The notes: generated by a model not told the origin, from the letters alone. 64,000 bases of DNA from the human T2T-CHM13v2.0 reference genome, Homo sapiens (GCF_009914755.1 NC_060948.1), one strand, 5' to 3'. Counted from the first letter of the stretch, positions 26,856 to 48,500 are shown. Program-made: numbers and translations.

Positions 26856-27793
26856 GGAGTTCTTCATGGCCAGGACTTGCCAACTGATAGCTTTTAGGGG
26901 GAATGTATGCTGATTCCTAATTGTCATCCTCTACCCCCCATCTTATCTCCCAGTGCAATCATAAATGATGGCTGGAACTACTCCATTTCTCTGGAGGTGA
27001 AATCTACATTCTCTTGTCTGAGGTAGATATGTTTGCTTGGGTTCTGCTTAAGGAGATAGGGGAGAGCAGTGTGTTTCAGGGCCTGGAAAATGTGTTCTCT
27101 ATATAGGCTTTTGGTTGATCTCTGTTTTCAGTCTTGCCTATCAGTCCCACTCTCGGGGGTACCTGGTGTCGGAGTCTAGAACCTTTCCAGGTTGCTGTGG
27201 GACAAATTAGCTTCCTTGTTATCGGTGTCCCCCTGACCTCCACTTTGCTTTGCTTTGCTCCATTAATTAACCATTTTCCGTTTACTGTCATTTTCTAATG
27301 GAGGTGAATTCTCTTCTGTGGGTAACCCCATTTCTTTTTTTTGTAATTGTGTGTTTATATATCGTTTATTCTTCACTGTATTTCTAGTGGAGCCTCAGGA
27401 CAAAGAGCAGATGGTGGAAATATGTGTTCAGTGTTCAGTTTTTTTCTGTAAGACATCTGCAACTTGTGTTTTTCACTGAATATCACGTGGACTTAATGCA
27501 TATAGAGCTACCTTGTTTTTCATGATTGTGCCTACAATTCTATGGAGAAATATAATTTGTGAATTACCTGATGAAATTTTCCTAATTTTGAATCATCCTT
27601 GCATTCCTATAATAAATACTGTTAGAATGGCTATGGTAATATTTTATTTTTGCATTTTTATTTCTGTATTAAATAAGATTATAGTTTTGTTTGCTTCCTT
27701 TCAGGCTCTTATTTCAGTATCAAGGGTGTGCAGGGCTAACTTGGGAAGCTTTACATCTTTTCTCTAAAACCTAGGATGTAGATCTAGTTTACA

Positions 27794-28009
27794 CAGTAGT
27801 TTTCAACTGCAGGAATATTTTGCCTCCCATGGGACATTTGGAAATATCTGGAGACATTTTTGTGGTCACAACTGGTCACGGTCGGGAGGTCTTACTGGCA
27901 TTCCATGGGTAGAGGGGATGTTACTAAATGTCCCACAACACACCAGGAGAACCCTCACAAAGAATTGTCTGGCCCAAGATATCAATATTGCTGAGGCTGA
28001 CAAACCCTG
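27794..28009. mobile_element. MER20 (hAT-Charlie MITE)
   Basis: CAGTAGTTTTCAAC...GGGACATTTGGAAATATCTGGAGACATTTTT...GCTGAGGCTGACAAACCCTG. Confidence 0.8.
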
Positions 28010-28487
28010 GTTTAAATAAATGTCCAATTTGGAGGATGAGTCTTTGTCTTTTTCCTTTTTCTGTGTGTATGGGTCTCCAGATTTTCCATTTCTTCAGTTA
28101 GTTTTCATAACTGTAGATTCTTAAAAGAAATGAACACTTCTCCCATACTTCTAAGGTGTTGTAAAGATGTGTAAAGTTTTCACTTTTTGCATCATATTCA
28201 CATGTGGCTATATGCCCTTTTCTCTTCAAAGGTTTCTTTATCTCGATCAATTATCAGAGGTGTGACAGTTTTATTATCTTAGTCTTTTGAAATAATCCAC
28301 CTTGAGTTTTATTTTTTAAATTTAGTGAGTTTTTTTGTCACATTTTCCTTATGTCTTAATTATTTCCCCTTTTTGTTTATTTTGCTTTTTCTAGTTTAGT
28401 GGATCAATGTAATTTAAATTGCCTTTTAAACAAACCTGTAATGGTATACATTTTCTTTGGGTGCTGCTTGACTTTAGTGCACAAGTC

Positions 28488-33921
<5,434 letters not shown>

Positions 33922-34410
33922 ATCTGAGAACAATAAAACAATTTGAAACAAAAATGTCTCCAGATCTCTTAAAAGGAAGCTAGGGCAGCTTTCTGTAGTG
34001 CACTTCCCAAAAATGGGCTGATTTACCTCAAGAGGTAGGGATTCTAGCCTACAAGGGATACATACAGGAGAAAAAAATCAGAAAAAGAAAAGAGATTTAA
34101 ATAATAAAATGAAAATAACAGTAATCCCTCATTATAAAGGAAATCATTCTTTTTGTAATAATTTGGATGACAAACATTAAGAAAAATCTTTAATTTGCCA
34201 CTCAAAACATTCTGGTTTGTTGCTTTTTATATGTTTTTCTGCACATAAACCTTTTAAAAAGTAGAATTGCAGTATGTAGTCTTTTGTCACTTACTATATT
34301 TTGGGCATATTTCTGTGGCAGTAAATATATCCTGGAATCATCATTTTTAATAGCTGGATGTATATTAAGTTAATCACTGCCACCCCAGAGGTGAATTTTC
34401 TTATACATAC

Positions 34411-35283
34411 TTTTTTTTAATTATACTTTAAGTTTTAGGGTACATGTGCACTTTATGCAGGTTAGTTACATATGTATACATGTGCCATGCTGGTGCACTG
34501 CACTCACTAACTCATCATCTAGCATTAGGTATATCTCCCGATGCTATCCCTCCCCCCTCCCCCCAGCCCACAACAGTCCCCAGAGTGTGATATTCCCCTT
34601 CCTGTGTCCATGTGACCTCATTGTTCAATTCCCATCTATGAGTGAGAATATGCGGTGTTTGGTTTTTTGTTCTTGCAATAGTTTACTGAGAATGATGATT
34701 TCCAATTTCATCCATGTCCCTACAAAGGACATGAACTCATCAATTTTTATGGCTGCATGGTATTCCATGGTGTATATGTGCCACATTTTCTTAATCCACT
34801 CTATCATTTTTGGACATTTGGGTTGGTTCCAAGTCTTTGCTATTGTGAATAGTGCCGCAATAAACATACGTGTGCATGTGTCTTTATAGCAGCATGATTT
34901 ATAGGCCTTTGAGTATATACCCAGTAATGGGATGGCTGGATCAAATGGTATTTCTAGTCCTAGATCCCTGAGGAATCGCCACACTGACTTCCACAATGGT
35001 TGAAGTAGTTTACAGTCCCACCAACAGTGTAAAAGTGTTCCTATTTCTCCACATCCTCTCCAGCACCTGTTGTTTCCTGACTTTTTAATGATTGCCATTC
35101 TAACTGGTGTGAGATGGTATCTCATTGTGGTTTTGATTTGCATTTCTCTGATGGCCAGTGATGATGAGCATTTTTTCATGTGTTTTTTGGCTGCATAAAT
35201 GTCTTCTTTTGAGAAGTGTCTGTTGATGTCCTTTGCCCAATTTTGATGGGGTTGTTTGTTTTCTTCTTGTAAATTTGTTTGAG
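34411..35283 (-). mobile_element. 5'-truncated young L1 (L1PA2-like)
   Basis: ORF2 C-terminus 34625-35179; 13-bp TSD TTCTTATACATAC (34398-34410, 35284-35296); GTGTGATATTCCCC and GAGAATATGCGG diagnostics. Confidence 0.93.
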
Positions 35284-35724
35284 TTCTTATACATACATTT
35301 TAATGGGCTCGAGCAAATATTATTGGACTGAATTCATAGAAGTAGAATTTCTGGAGGAAAATAATTTTTAGGGTTTTTAATAGAAATTTTCAAATCATTC
35401 TCCAGGAAAAGTGACTCCGGTTATACTCCCACCAACAAGGACAGAGCTCCAGGTTCCCCTTTCCATTTATCATCTTTCCTGCCTTTATACAGAAAATCTC
35501 ATTGTTTTCATGACATTTCTTTGATTTCTTGTGCTTTTGAATCTTTGTATATGCCATTGGCCATTTTTATTCTTATGAGAAGTGCCAGTTTCTCCATTGC
35601 CCATTTCAGTTGAAAATCATTTGTTTTTTTTTCTCAGTAATTTTAAAGATTTATTTATAGGCTAAGGATACAAGCCTTTTATCTGTCATTGAGGTGACAA
35701 AACTTTCACCCGGTAAGTAATTTG

Positions 35725-36005
35725 TCATTTCATTTTTTCTTCCTTCTTTTATTTTTCCTTTCCTCTCCCTTTCTTTCTTTTTCTTTTTCTTTTCCTTGTT
35801 TCTTTCTTCTTCTTCCTTCCTTACTTTCCTTTTCTTTCTTGCTTTCCATTCTTCATTTTTTTCTTTTCTCTCCATCCCTCTCTCTTTCTCTTTCTTCTCT
35901 CTTTCCTCTTTCTTTCTTTTTCTTTCTTTCCCTCTCTTTCTTCCTTTCCTTTCTTTCTCTTTCTTTGTTCCCTCCCTCCTTCCTTCCTTTTTTTCTCTTT
36001 CTTTC
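35725..36005. repeat. Pyrimidine-rich low-complexity (TTTC/CT) tract
   Basis: Direct. Confidence 0.9.
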
Positions 36006-36117
36006 ACTAGCCAAGCTCCAATGTCACATTTCACTTAATTTTTATCCTGCCAAATTTGAAGCCTCTTAACTCAGTGATTTTAGTGTAAAACAGGAGCAGG
36101 AGAAAATGTAATTATCT

Positions 36118-36393
36118 AAGTCTCGCTCTGTCACCCAGGCTGGAGTGCAGTGCCATAATCATAGCTACTGCAGCCTCCAAATCTTGGCCTCAAGCAATTT
36201 CCCACCTCAGCCTTCCAGGTAGCTAGGACTACAGCTGTGTGCCACCACACCTAGCTAATGTTTAAAAATTTTTGTGGAGATGTGAATTCGCTATGCTGCC
36301 CAGGCTAGTCTTGAACTCCTGACTTCAAGTAATCCTCCCACCTCAGCTTGCCAAAGTGCTGGGATTGCAGGCGTGAGCTCCTGCTCCTGGCCA
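36118..36393 (-). mobile_element. AluJ
   Basis: AGTCTCGCTCTGTCACCCAGG...ATCATAGCT...CCTGGCC. Confidence 0.85.
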
Positions 36394-37149
36394 AGAGTTT
36401 AGTTTTGTTTGCTAGTGGTGTTCTTGGTATCTTTTCATATTTGAGGCTTTGGGCTAGTGCTGAAGTATTACACTCACCATCCGCTGTCCAGGACTTTTGT
36501 TTTATATTGAACCGATGGAACTGTTTAGTTCTGCATCTTTGCAGGTATACAGAATGTGCCTACCAGGAATCTGCTTTATATCCATTGAAAGCAAGAAATA
36601 ATACAGTAAAACTTTGCCTGGCTAGAGGCTTTGAAAGAATGGCATATTCTGGTTTTATTCTATTAACTTGGAAGTATGAAGGTTAAAAAAAATTCAAAAC
36701 TTAAATTTCCTGTTGAATACAATTTGAAAATATGGCCAATGATTGCACTTTTCTTCTCTAGTAAGGTTGGACATTCTGATCTACTTGGTGTTTTATTATA
36801 GAACTGCTAGTGTGCCTGAGTGTTACATTGTGAAGATACTTTTTTAAAACTTGCGATGCAAGAGGATGAAAATGGTTTTGTAGGAGATCAGGCTGGATGA
36901 GAACGGACACTTGTAAACATACGTTTTAGACTAAATCTCTGATTGCCACTTGTTTTCTTATGGAACTCATAAAAGTAAAACACATTGGATGGAGGGTGGG
37001 AGCAGGAAGGAGATTCTCGTCTTTTAATTGCATGTCATTGTTTCATAACAAGGCAGAACATATGGCAACCCTGGCTTTGGACCTACAGAAGTAAACACAT
37101 TTTACTAACTGCTGTATGCCAGAGGTTCTTGAACACCTGGAGGGATTGC

Positions 37150-37272
37150 TGAACCCTACTCCAGAGTTTCTGATTCACCAGGTCCAGGGTGGGGCCTGAG
37201 AATTTGCACTTATAAAAAGGTCTCAGGTGCTGCTGGTGCTGCTAGTCCATAGACTACATTTTGAGAACCACT
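37150..37272. mobile_element. MER5A fragment
   Basis: CCAGAGTTTCTGATTC...GGGGCCTGAGAATTTGCA...TTTGAGAACCACT. Confidence 0.75.
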
Positions 37273-37583
37273 CTTGTCTATTAAGTGTAAATTGTAGAAC
37301 TCTAGAAAAAAGCTTAGTTTGGTCTGGGATAAGAAGCACACAGGTTATGGAGAAAATCATGAAAGATTCAACCCTTGATCCCAGCCTAGTGTGGATTTCA
37401 GGTAACAAGCAATACACAGTGACATAACACAATTCTTGGTTTTCATGATTGCAAGTCATAGCCAGATATCAAGTGAGAAATTCAGTTTCATTTGCAAGGC
37501 TTAGAGAGGCCAGGTGATTCTAGAAAAATGGGCCTTGTATTTGTTTTAAACCAGTAAAGAGCTTTAAGTGCTTATTAAATTGA

Positions 37584-37982
<399 letters not shown>

Positions 37983-39247
37983 TAGGAGGATAAGACAAAC
38001 AATTTTCCAAAAAAGAGAAATCATTGTGATTATTTTATCCTCCTGGAATGTTGGATACTATAGTCTGCTTCATTAATCAAGCATGCTATGGATTTTCCAT
38101 TTTTATATGATCTACATCTCAAAAGGTAAAATGTACCAGGTCATGGCCCCCAACCCAGCCACAGATCCCCTCTGATGACAAGACCGGTGCCAGAGTCCAT
38201 ACTAATCCTGTGGCATACCAGACTGGGCCCCCCAACCCCAGCACCTCTGGGCTCCCCCCACCAAAGTCTTCTCAGTCAGCCCCACCCCTTCAGCAAGCCA
38301 CTCAGTCCTTGCCCTTGCCAATCACCACAGGGTGAATTTGGGAGGGTGACTCCTGGGGCTCCTTGCTCCATACTTGGCCATCACCTTCTGCTGCCCCAAG
38401 CCCAACCTCCCTGGGCTCTTTGGGCTTGTGTCTCCCAGGACCTGGGTCCCCCAGCCCCAGGCCCTGCCCTCACCAGTCATCCCTGGGTGACTTTGGGCTG
38501 GTGACTCCTGGGGCTCCCTACTGCAGACTCTGCCCTCCCCTCCTGCTGCCGCAAGCTCAACCTCCCTGGGCTTCTTGGGCTGGTGTCTCCGAGGACCTGG
38601 GTCAAAACCCTGTATTTCCCTCCCCCATCATGGAGTGGCGACTCCGGCATCGCACTGATGTCCCCTCCCCTGGGAGGAGTGGAATGCAGTGATGTCACAG
38701 TGCCCCTAGGAACTGTCATTACTGCTGCAAGACCGGCCTTTGATCTTACAACCCAGTCCCCTAAGTTTTCTCACCCCATTTCTGGTTCCTCTGGTTGCAG
38801 CCTAAATTTCCAGCTGGAAGAGGAGTGGAGACTATGGGACGTATGAGCAAGAAGTTTCAGGCTGCCTTACTCCCTTAACAATGTCTAATTGACAGTGGGA
38901 AAAGCTTACACTTCCCCTGTGAACTCAAAATGTTGACAGTATCTCTGGGTGGCAATGGGAGAATGGGTTTGGTTTGGTTTTCTCCCAGGCTTCTACTTTC
39001 CAGAGAGACTTTGACAATTTTTTCTGAGTTCTCCACAGTTCTGGGACCAGACTGCCCTTCAGTCAGTGGTCTCTGAGGTGAGATTTGCCCATCTTCTGTG
39101 GAATAGATCTTGGGAAACTGAACTTGACAGCTTGAATCTTCTCATATCATCTCAACCTGGGGTACTTTGAGTGCTACAGGATAAATGTGGGACATCTTTC
39201 TGAAGCATCATTTTCCCTTGATTCTCTTGAGAAAAAATATTAATGTT

Positions 39248-40460
<1,213 letters not shown>

Positions 40461-43400
40461 TTGGGTTGTCCTCTTTCTGATAAATTCCCAGATTTAACAG
40501 AAAAGCTGCCTTCTGCCATGAGGACACATTGATATGAAAGTGTGAGAGGTACTCGTGCACTTCTTTACACTAACAGACATGTGAGGATGTATGACTCTAA
40601 ACTACACGGCCTACAGTTCCTGCCTGCTTAATGTTTACTTTTCTACCACTGTCCCTGGTTTTGGTCCCTGGAAGCTGCTGATTCATGGCAAAACCCCAGA
40701 GCTTGGAGTCAGAAGACTGAGTTTAAGTTCCAGTATTGCCTTTTTCTTTCCTTCTTTTTTTTTTTCTATCCATGATATCAATCACTCTCAGTCACTAAAT
40801 GATTGTGACAACATCTTGTACAGTTGTTGGTGGCATTAAACCAGATGGTGTATAAGAGTATTTTGTCAAAACTGTAAAGCAGGATGTGGCTATAGGGGCT
40901 GATTGTTCTCATGAGTGTTGCTGCTCTTCTTTCCCACAGTTAAAAGAATATTGGCAGAGGAAGAGCCCTGGCATTCCAGCAGGAGCTAACAGGAAAAAGA
41001 AAATCAATGGCAGTAGCCCTGACACAGCCACTTCTGGTGGTTACCACTCACCTGGGGATGTGAGTCTTGGCTGGCCAGGGTCCTGGGGACAGGGGGCCTA
41101 AGGGGCAGTAGGGGGTAATTTTTAAGATTGTAGATGGACTATTGGGTACTGGTTAAGAATTCTGGGTTTGAATCCTGCCTCTCCGTCTGCTAATGATTGA
41201 TTAGGGATTGATTAGCATATGATTTAGGGCAAGTTGCTTGAGGTCTTTGGGTCTCTGTTTTCACATCTGCATAATAGAGGTGGTATTTTTGACTTCCATT
41301 TGTGAAGTTTAAATCAGATTTGTTATTGCTTATATGTGAATCCTTAGTACATGGCCTGCTGTAAACACCCAGGACACCCAGGAAATGGTTGTTGTTTGAT
41401 TTTCCTCATCCCCAGTCTCAAGGGGAAGCCAGTTAATGAGAAGAGACACTTGCCATCAGGCTGTCCCTTTAGGAGTCACTGAAAGGGCCCCAGGGTGGGA
41501 TGGTGGGGAGATAAGAACCATGAGAGAAGTTGGCACAAAGGAGTTATGGGACAAAGGGTCCAAGATAGGCAGAAAAGAAGCTTTTGCCAGTTGATGGGGA
41601 AGAAAGGAAATCAGAGGGCTTAGACAGTGAGGGGGGACAGAACATCTCCATGTGCACTCTCATCTCTTGCAGTCAGCAACAGGTATCTACGGGGAAGGCC
41701 ATGCATCATCTGCTACCCTGGAGGATCTGGAGGTAAGAGGCCCTGGGCTGAGGTGCAGTGACCCTGCAGGCCAGCCCTCCAACCTCCTCCCACAGCAGGG
41801 GCTTGTTGCCCCTCTGCCAGCTGAGACAACCCACACCCTCCACCAGCCCTAATGATTGTTCTCTCTACCCCTCCCCACAATCTTCCTCCAACTCCTCCTC
41901 TCTGCATGCACCTCACAGCCAGTACCGAGAACTAGCAGTGGCCCTGCACTCAAGCTCCGCAATAATCAGTCAACTCAGTGAAAACATCAATTCACTGGTA
42001 AGAGTCCAGTGGGGTCCCCTGATTCCAGCTGGTCAATCCTGGACTCCAGTTTTCCCTTGGTGCCCTGAAGAAAGGGGCCAGGAGCCCCTGATGCCAAGGG
42101 CAAATGGGGAGCTGGGGCACCCAGGCCTCACCTGGAGGGACCCCAGAGCACAGAACATGCAGCATGGCTCTTCTGCACTGCCCTCTTTGCTGACTCTCTC
42201 TTCTCCAGACACCCTTGCTCTAGTTGTTGCCACACATGCCCTGGGGTTGTCATCTCTCAGGGAAGCACTAGCCTGACTGGTTGTCAGAGGCCCGTATTTC
42301 TGCCCTGCCTCAGCCCCTAATTTGCTTTTTGAGTCTGGACAAGCCATCTCTCCTCCTTAGGCTCATGTTTCTGGAGGAGGTAGAGAGTATCAAAGGTCAC
42401 TGTTAGCTCTGAGATTTAAAGGCCCCTAGAATGGAAACCTCAGGGCCAAGGGCTCCTGTCTGTCCTTTGCTGTCTTATATCTCTGCTATGAAGAATTGTA
42501 CGTGCTCAGTAAATGTTTGTTGAATGAATGCACCTTTCTCAATCACAAGGTGGCAGAAGGGGGGTGGGACTTTCTCAAACTCTGTCTCTAGAGGTTCAGC
42601 AGCCCCTCTCCAGGGCCCTTTCCCCTCTGTGCTTTGGGCAGGTCCACGCATTGAAAGAGGGGAAGCAGCATGAGATACATTGGGTACAGAAGCTTGGGAG
42701 GAACTTGTTCAAACTCAAAAACCAGATGGTTAAGATGGGACTGGCATGACCTAGGAGCAGGACTGGCATCAGAGGGCTGTGAGGGTGACTTAGAATGCCC
42801 CAGGGAGGAGGGTGGATGGAAGGGCTTTGAGGCAGAGGGAAAGAGGTCTGTGCCAGGAGATGGCAAGTCTTGTCATCTCCATGAACCTCAGTGTCCCTAT
42901 CAGTAAAGAGGGAGGAGTGCCCATTGTCAGCCACCCACAGTGCTCTCTATCTGAAAGTGACTTTGAAGATTGGCTACCATCCGGGTGTGAGGAGTCATTA
43001 GCAGTGAGGCCAAGTTTGGGAAGCCTGAGAGGAGGAGCTGTCCAACAAAGGGAGGTTTTTTTTTTTTTTTTTTTTTTGAGAGTCCAGAGGCCCTTATTGT
43101 CTGCTTCCTTTCTCAGCTGAACCCCTGGCCCCAGAGCCCCCAGCAGGGCCCTCTGAGGTGGAGCAGCTACAAGATGAGACCAACCACCTAAGGAAGGAGC
43201 TGGAGAGTGTGGGAAGACAGCTCCAGGCTGAGGTGGAAAACAATCAGATGTTGAGTCTCCTGAACAGGAGACAGGAGGAGAGGCTGCAGGAACAGGAGAG
43301 GCTGCTGGACAAGGGGTAGGAGCTGCTGGAACAGGAGAGGCTTCAGGAGCAGGATGAGAGGCTGTGGCAGCAGGAGACTCTGTGGGAGCTGGAGAGGATG

Positions 43401-43481
43401 CTGGAGCTGGAGTGGGAAGCCCTCTACAAGCAGCAGGCCGAGCCCCACAGCAGCTTTGAGGAGCTGGTGTGTTGCCCCACC

Positions 43482-43547
43482 TGGGGAGGCTGCCCTCTTC
43501 CCTAGCCCTCAAGGTGGGGAGGCTGCCCTCTTCCCTAGCCCTCAAGG
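43482..43547. repeat. Exact 33-bp tandem duplication
   Basis: TGGGGAGGCTGCCCTCTTCCCTAGCCCTCAAGG x2. Confidence 0.95.
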
Positions 43548-44105
43548 CCTTTGTTTCCCCACCTGTAAAATGGGGCATTGTGGCCTTCATATGAAATGGT
43601 ACTTCTAAAGGCACCTGTGAGCCAGAGCCCTGCTCTGATGGCTGTGGGAGAGGGTATGATTTTTCTAACCTGCCTCCACCCTTCCTGGTGCCATGGGAGG
43701 CAGACACCAAGTTCTGGGGTCTCCAGTTTTAGTGGGTGGCCACTGATTGCTTCTCTCTGTCCAGAATAATGAGAACAAGAGTGCACTGCAGTTGGAGCGG
43801 CAAGTAAAGGAGCTGAAGCTTGGTGAGCTGAAAGAGACGGTAACCTCTGACCCATCTAATAATGGTTGGGAGGCAGTCACCAGCCTCTGGGAAGGGGAGG
43901 TGCCAGGACAGAGGCAGCTGCAGCCTGAGGACAGGTGACCCCAGCACCCTCCAGGGTAGTCCTATGACTGTTTCTTGCTTCCTGCCCTCTGACGTTTAGA
44001 GGTGGGTAGCCCTGGGCTCCTCCCAGGTCTGGACATCATCATCCCAGCTAGAGGCATGGAGCCCCCCAATCACAGAGGAAGAGACAGTGGTATAAGAGGC
44101 TCCTT

Positions 44106-44420
<315 letters not shown>

Positions 44421-45360
44421 AGACTCCTTAGATTGAAAGTGGATTGCGGCCTCGGTTCCACTGGTCATAATTCAACTACTTTGCATCTCTAAGTCTCTGT
44501 TTAACTTCAAAAGGAAGTTAGCCTTTTCCTTGTGGAGGTGCTGAGGATTAAATGAGATGATACGTGGAAACATTAGGTATGTGGCACACTTAGCAGATGG
44601 TGGTTGGCTCCCCCTGCTTTTCCACCAGTCTGTCGCCTACAGTTTAAATGCTGGGAAAAAAGACATGAGATTTGAGGCTGTGGAAGGAGGCATGGGGTTC
44701 TAGGCAAAGGAGGCAGTCTCGTAGGCCTGGAGCAAGGGGCCAGGGGACTGAGCAGGCCACAGAGCCCCACAGTGTCCTTGCTACCCTATTAATGGGCCAG
44801 GAATCTGGAAGCCAGCCACCACATGCCCTCATGCCCAGCGTCTTCCTGCACGTGGAGCTGAAGAGCCAAGAGGCTCAGAGTCCACAGCAGCAGCAAGACC
44901 AGTACCTGTGTCACCTGCAGCAGTTCGTGGTCGCTTAGTAGCAGGTGGCTGCTTATCAGCAGCTGGCCTCTGAGAAGGAGGTGCTGCACAGGCAGTTACT
45001 GCTGCAGACCTGGCTCATGGACCAGCTGCAGCAGGAGGAAGCTCAGGGCAAAGCGGTGGCTAAGATGGCCCACCAAAAGTTGCAGGAGACCCAGGGGAGG
45101 GAGTTGTTGAGGACAGGGCTCCAAGAGGGACAACCTGGCAACCTCTGTACCTTCTCACCCTCTTTCCTGGCCCCTTAGGAGAACCTGGAAGCTACCAGCC
45201 AGCAGAAACAGCAGCTAAAGCCCAGTTGAGCCTCATGGCTCTCCCTGGGGAAGGTATGGGAGACCACTCAGAGGAAGAGGAGAGAGCCCCAGGAGGAAAG
45301 GGGGACTGTTAGCAGCGTAGGATTGAGGAGTTGGAAGAGACCTTTAAGACAGCTGGTCAT

Positions 45361-45545
45361 TATGCCAACTGGGTGTCCGTACTAAGTTCGGTATCAGTAT
45401 GGTGACCTCCTGGGAGCGGGGCCATCGGGTTGCCTAAGGATGGGAGAACTGGCCCAGGTCAGAAAGGGAGCAGGTCAGAATTCCTGCACCAGTCGGTAGT
45501 GGGACTGTGCCTGGGCAATATAGCAAGATTTTGGTTCTTAAAAAT
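45361..45545 (+). pseudogene. RN7SL: 7SL (SRP) RNA pseudogene in golgin intron
   Basis: S-domain TATGCCAACTGGGTGTCCGTACTAAGTTCGG...GGTTGCCTAAGGA...GGCCCAGGTCAGAAAGGGAGCAGGTCA; ends GCCTGGGCAATATAGCAAGA plus A tail. Confidence 0.88.
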
Positions 45546-48500
45546 AAAGAACAGCGCATTCCCCTCTGGGGAGGGGCTGGCTCAAGGTTACACAGTGAGT
45601 GTAGGGGCAGAGGTGGGCCCACTGTACCTCCCTTGTTGGGTTGTCTGAGGACCCCTCTGGCCACCTCCCACAGGATATGGAGGAGGACATCTGGACAATG
45701 AGGAGGAGGCACCTCGGCCCATGCTGAACATTCCAGGGGACCTGGAGAGCCGGGAGGCCATGGTGAGCCTGACTTTCCCTGCCCCTACTTTGCCACCTTC
45801 CTCTGTAGTCCCTCTGAAACCCCCTTATGTTCTTGGTTTCCCTGCCTTCTGACTTCTGTGGACTTTCTCTCCTTCCGGGAGCCAGTGGTCAGACACCATT
45901 TCACCTGTGACCAACAGGTGCACTCTGTGAGGCCCAAAAGGAAGGGGCTGTGCTCCATCTCCCTGCCCTGGTTGTTATGTGTATACCCCTACAAGAGTAC
46001 TCACCTCTTGCCTTCAGGTGGCATTTTTCAACTCCGCTGGAGCCAGTGCCCAGGAGGAGCAAAGCGTGTGCTGCCAGCCCCTGGCTCACCCAGTGGCCTC
46101 ATCCCAGAAAAAGCCAGAGGCAGCGGCCCCAGCCCCAGAGACTGGGGGTGAATCTGTGTGTGGGGACACCCACTGGGCCCTGCAGGAGGCCATGGAGAAG
46201 CTGCAGGTGAGTAGTCCTGGCATGGGCCAACAAGGGTGGGGTCGGGACAAGGCAGGTGACTCCTGACATGTGACCCCATTATTTTGGCTCCACAGCAACT
46301 TTATGGAAGGAGAAGATGGACCTGAAGGAGCTGGTGGAGAAACTAGAGCTTCAGTTCATCCACCTCTCAGGACAGACAGACACCATGAGTAAACGAGAGG
46401 CCAGGGCATGGCAGGGGGAGCTGCAGGGCCATCTGAGGGGCCCCAGCATCTGAGCCGTGTCCTCCTGCAGGAAAGTACATCAGCCAGGGGGCAGTGCCAA
46501 AGACGCAGCACTGGGAGAGGAGGACATCGTCAGGCTGGCCCAGGACCAGGAGGAGATGAAGGTAGGGTGTGCAACATCTCTGTGGGGGTGGGAGTGAATG
46601 TCGGTGCTGGCACCGGCATGACAGCTAACACCCCTTCCTCCAGGTGAACCTGCTGGAGCTGCAGGGGCAGGTGTTGCAGCTTGTGGGCGACCACAATGAG
46701 CAGCATGGCAAATTCTGACCATTGCCCAGAACACTGCTGATAAGCCCACTCTAGGAGCCCCAATCGCCCAGGAGCTTGGGTGTGCTGACAAGCAGGGTGG
46801 TGAGTAGAGCCCTCAGGCGGGGTGGGCAGGCAGGAACAGGGGAGGCTCGCACTGTGCTCAGATTCCCACTCCCCTCCCTCTCTCTGAAGATCTTTGTGAG
46901 GTGAGCCTCACTGATAGCGTGGAGGCTGCACCAGGAGAGGACAGGGAGGGTGCTGTCACAGCACCCAGGCAGTCCACCCACAGTTCAGACCAATGCTCAA
47001 CCCCCTCAGGGTTCCGTCTTCTCTGGTCACCATCTTCCAACCCACTGGCCCAGGGCCACCTCTTGCTTGGGGAGCCCCACCCAACAGCCACCAAGCCTGA
47101 CAGAAGGAACACTGCTTGAACCAAAATGGTGAAGCTATAAGGGATGGCTGGCTGGAGTGAGTACCAGAGGCCCCTCTGGGCCGTCTGAAAGCCCAGGGTC
47201 TTCTGAGGGACCCAGGGGAAGGCAGGAAGGGCAGGTAGCTTGATGCCATTGGCCATAGACTTCTAAGTCTAACAGGGGAGCCTCAACTGGTTGGTGGAGG
47301 GCTGCAGGTTGCATAGGTGAGGCTGGGCCCTTCCTGCTGGGAAAAGCAGAAGAGGAAGACTCCATGGCAGGAAAGGGAAGTGAGCTCTCTAGGCGGAGCT
47401 CAGCTGGGCCAGCATGCACTGTGGTCCCCTTGGCTGAATAGCACAGGCGAACCCTAGAAGCAACAGGCCAAGGTGCATGAGCCTGCTGGCCAGCAGTAGT
47501 GCTTCAGCAGGGGCCAGGGTCCCTGCCTTCAGTCGCATGCTAGCAGCTATCATGGTACCTGGTAGGGAGGGAAGGGGGCTGTGTGTCCTTCCATGGCCTA
47601 TGAAGTGTGTTGTGGGATGACCATGTGTATAGGACTCTCAGGCTTTTATCCTAGATCACCACTGAATTGCTGACAAATAGAGGATGTGGGACCCTGACTA
47701 CCACCCCTAATCTGCAGTGGATTTGGCTCTCAGCACTCCCAGGCTGGGAGCTGGATCCCTGCCCTGGCAGCATGACTCAGACCACACGACAGGTACGGCA
47801 TGCCCAGTATGATGTTCCCAGGTCTCTGGCCGCCTGAGTCCAGCCCCTCACACAACCCCCTCGAAGCTCCCAGCCCCTACACCATAAACCATGAGCTCTG
47901 TGCCCTCTCTGATGGTTCCATGTCTGCCAGGTTGGGCATGGAGCCCCCAGGCTCAGCCATGGAGACCTTGAGCAGTGGCACTGAGTCCCATGGCTCACAA
48001 GGAGGGAAGTGAGACAGCCAGCAGCACAAGGACAGAAAAAGGAAAGAGCAAGTCTGCAGCTCCAGAGGGAAGGGGCAGGCCTGGGGGTGGGGGACACACA
48101 CGCACACGCCGGAGTGTGCACACACATGCTGTGAGGCCCCACGGCCCGCATGCACACGCTAACACACATGCCCACAAACAACACGCATACGTCGCCCTCC
48201 CCACCACCTCCCGGTGCCCAGCACCCTCACCGGCCGGCACGTGCTGCATGGATCTGGGGTGTGCAGCCACTCGGCACACTGAAGTACATGCGTGGGCAGA
48301 GTCACAACACAGATGCTCACCCGCACACAGAGGCATGTGCACCAGCTCCCTGCACACTCGTGCCTGGCGTGCTCAGAGGACCACCCATGCTGCTCAGGGA
48401 GACAGGGCTTGCTCACTAATGTCCGGCTGTCATTTCTCCACCTAAGAGCCTTCCATGGCTCCCTACTGCCTACAGCATTGAATCCCAACAAGTCATACTC

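Noticed and set aside
35651-36069. K/E/R-rich and F/S/L-rich ORFs
   Set aside because: Translations of a pyrimidine low-complexity tract
38330-38600. Two ~170-bp GC-rich tandem units as a novel array or CRISPR-like structure
   Set aside because: Only two diverged units, no spacers; recalled as ordinary golgin intron 1 sequence
42790-43710. 306-aa minus-strand ORF
   Set aside because: Antisense shadow of the repetitive golgin exon, crossing introns and a poly-T run
46953-48420. Block as DNM1 intron carrying a miRNA (miR-199b-like)
   Set aside because: No miRNA hairpin or DNM1 exon recognised; origin left unassigned
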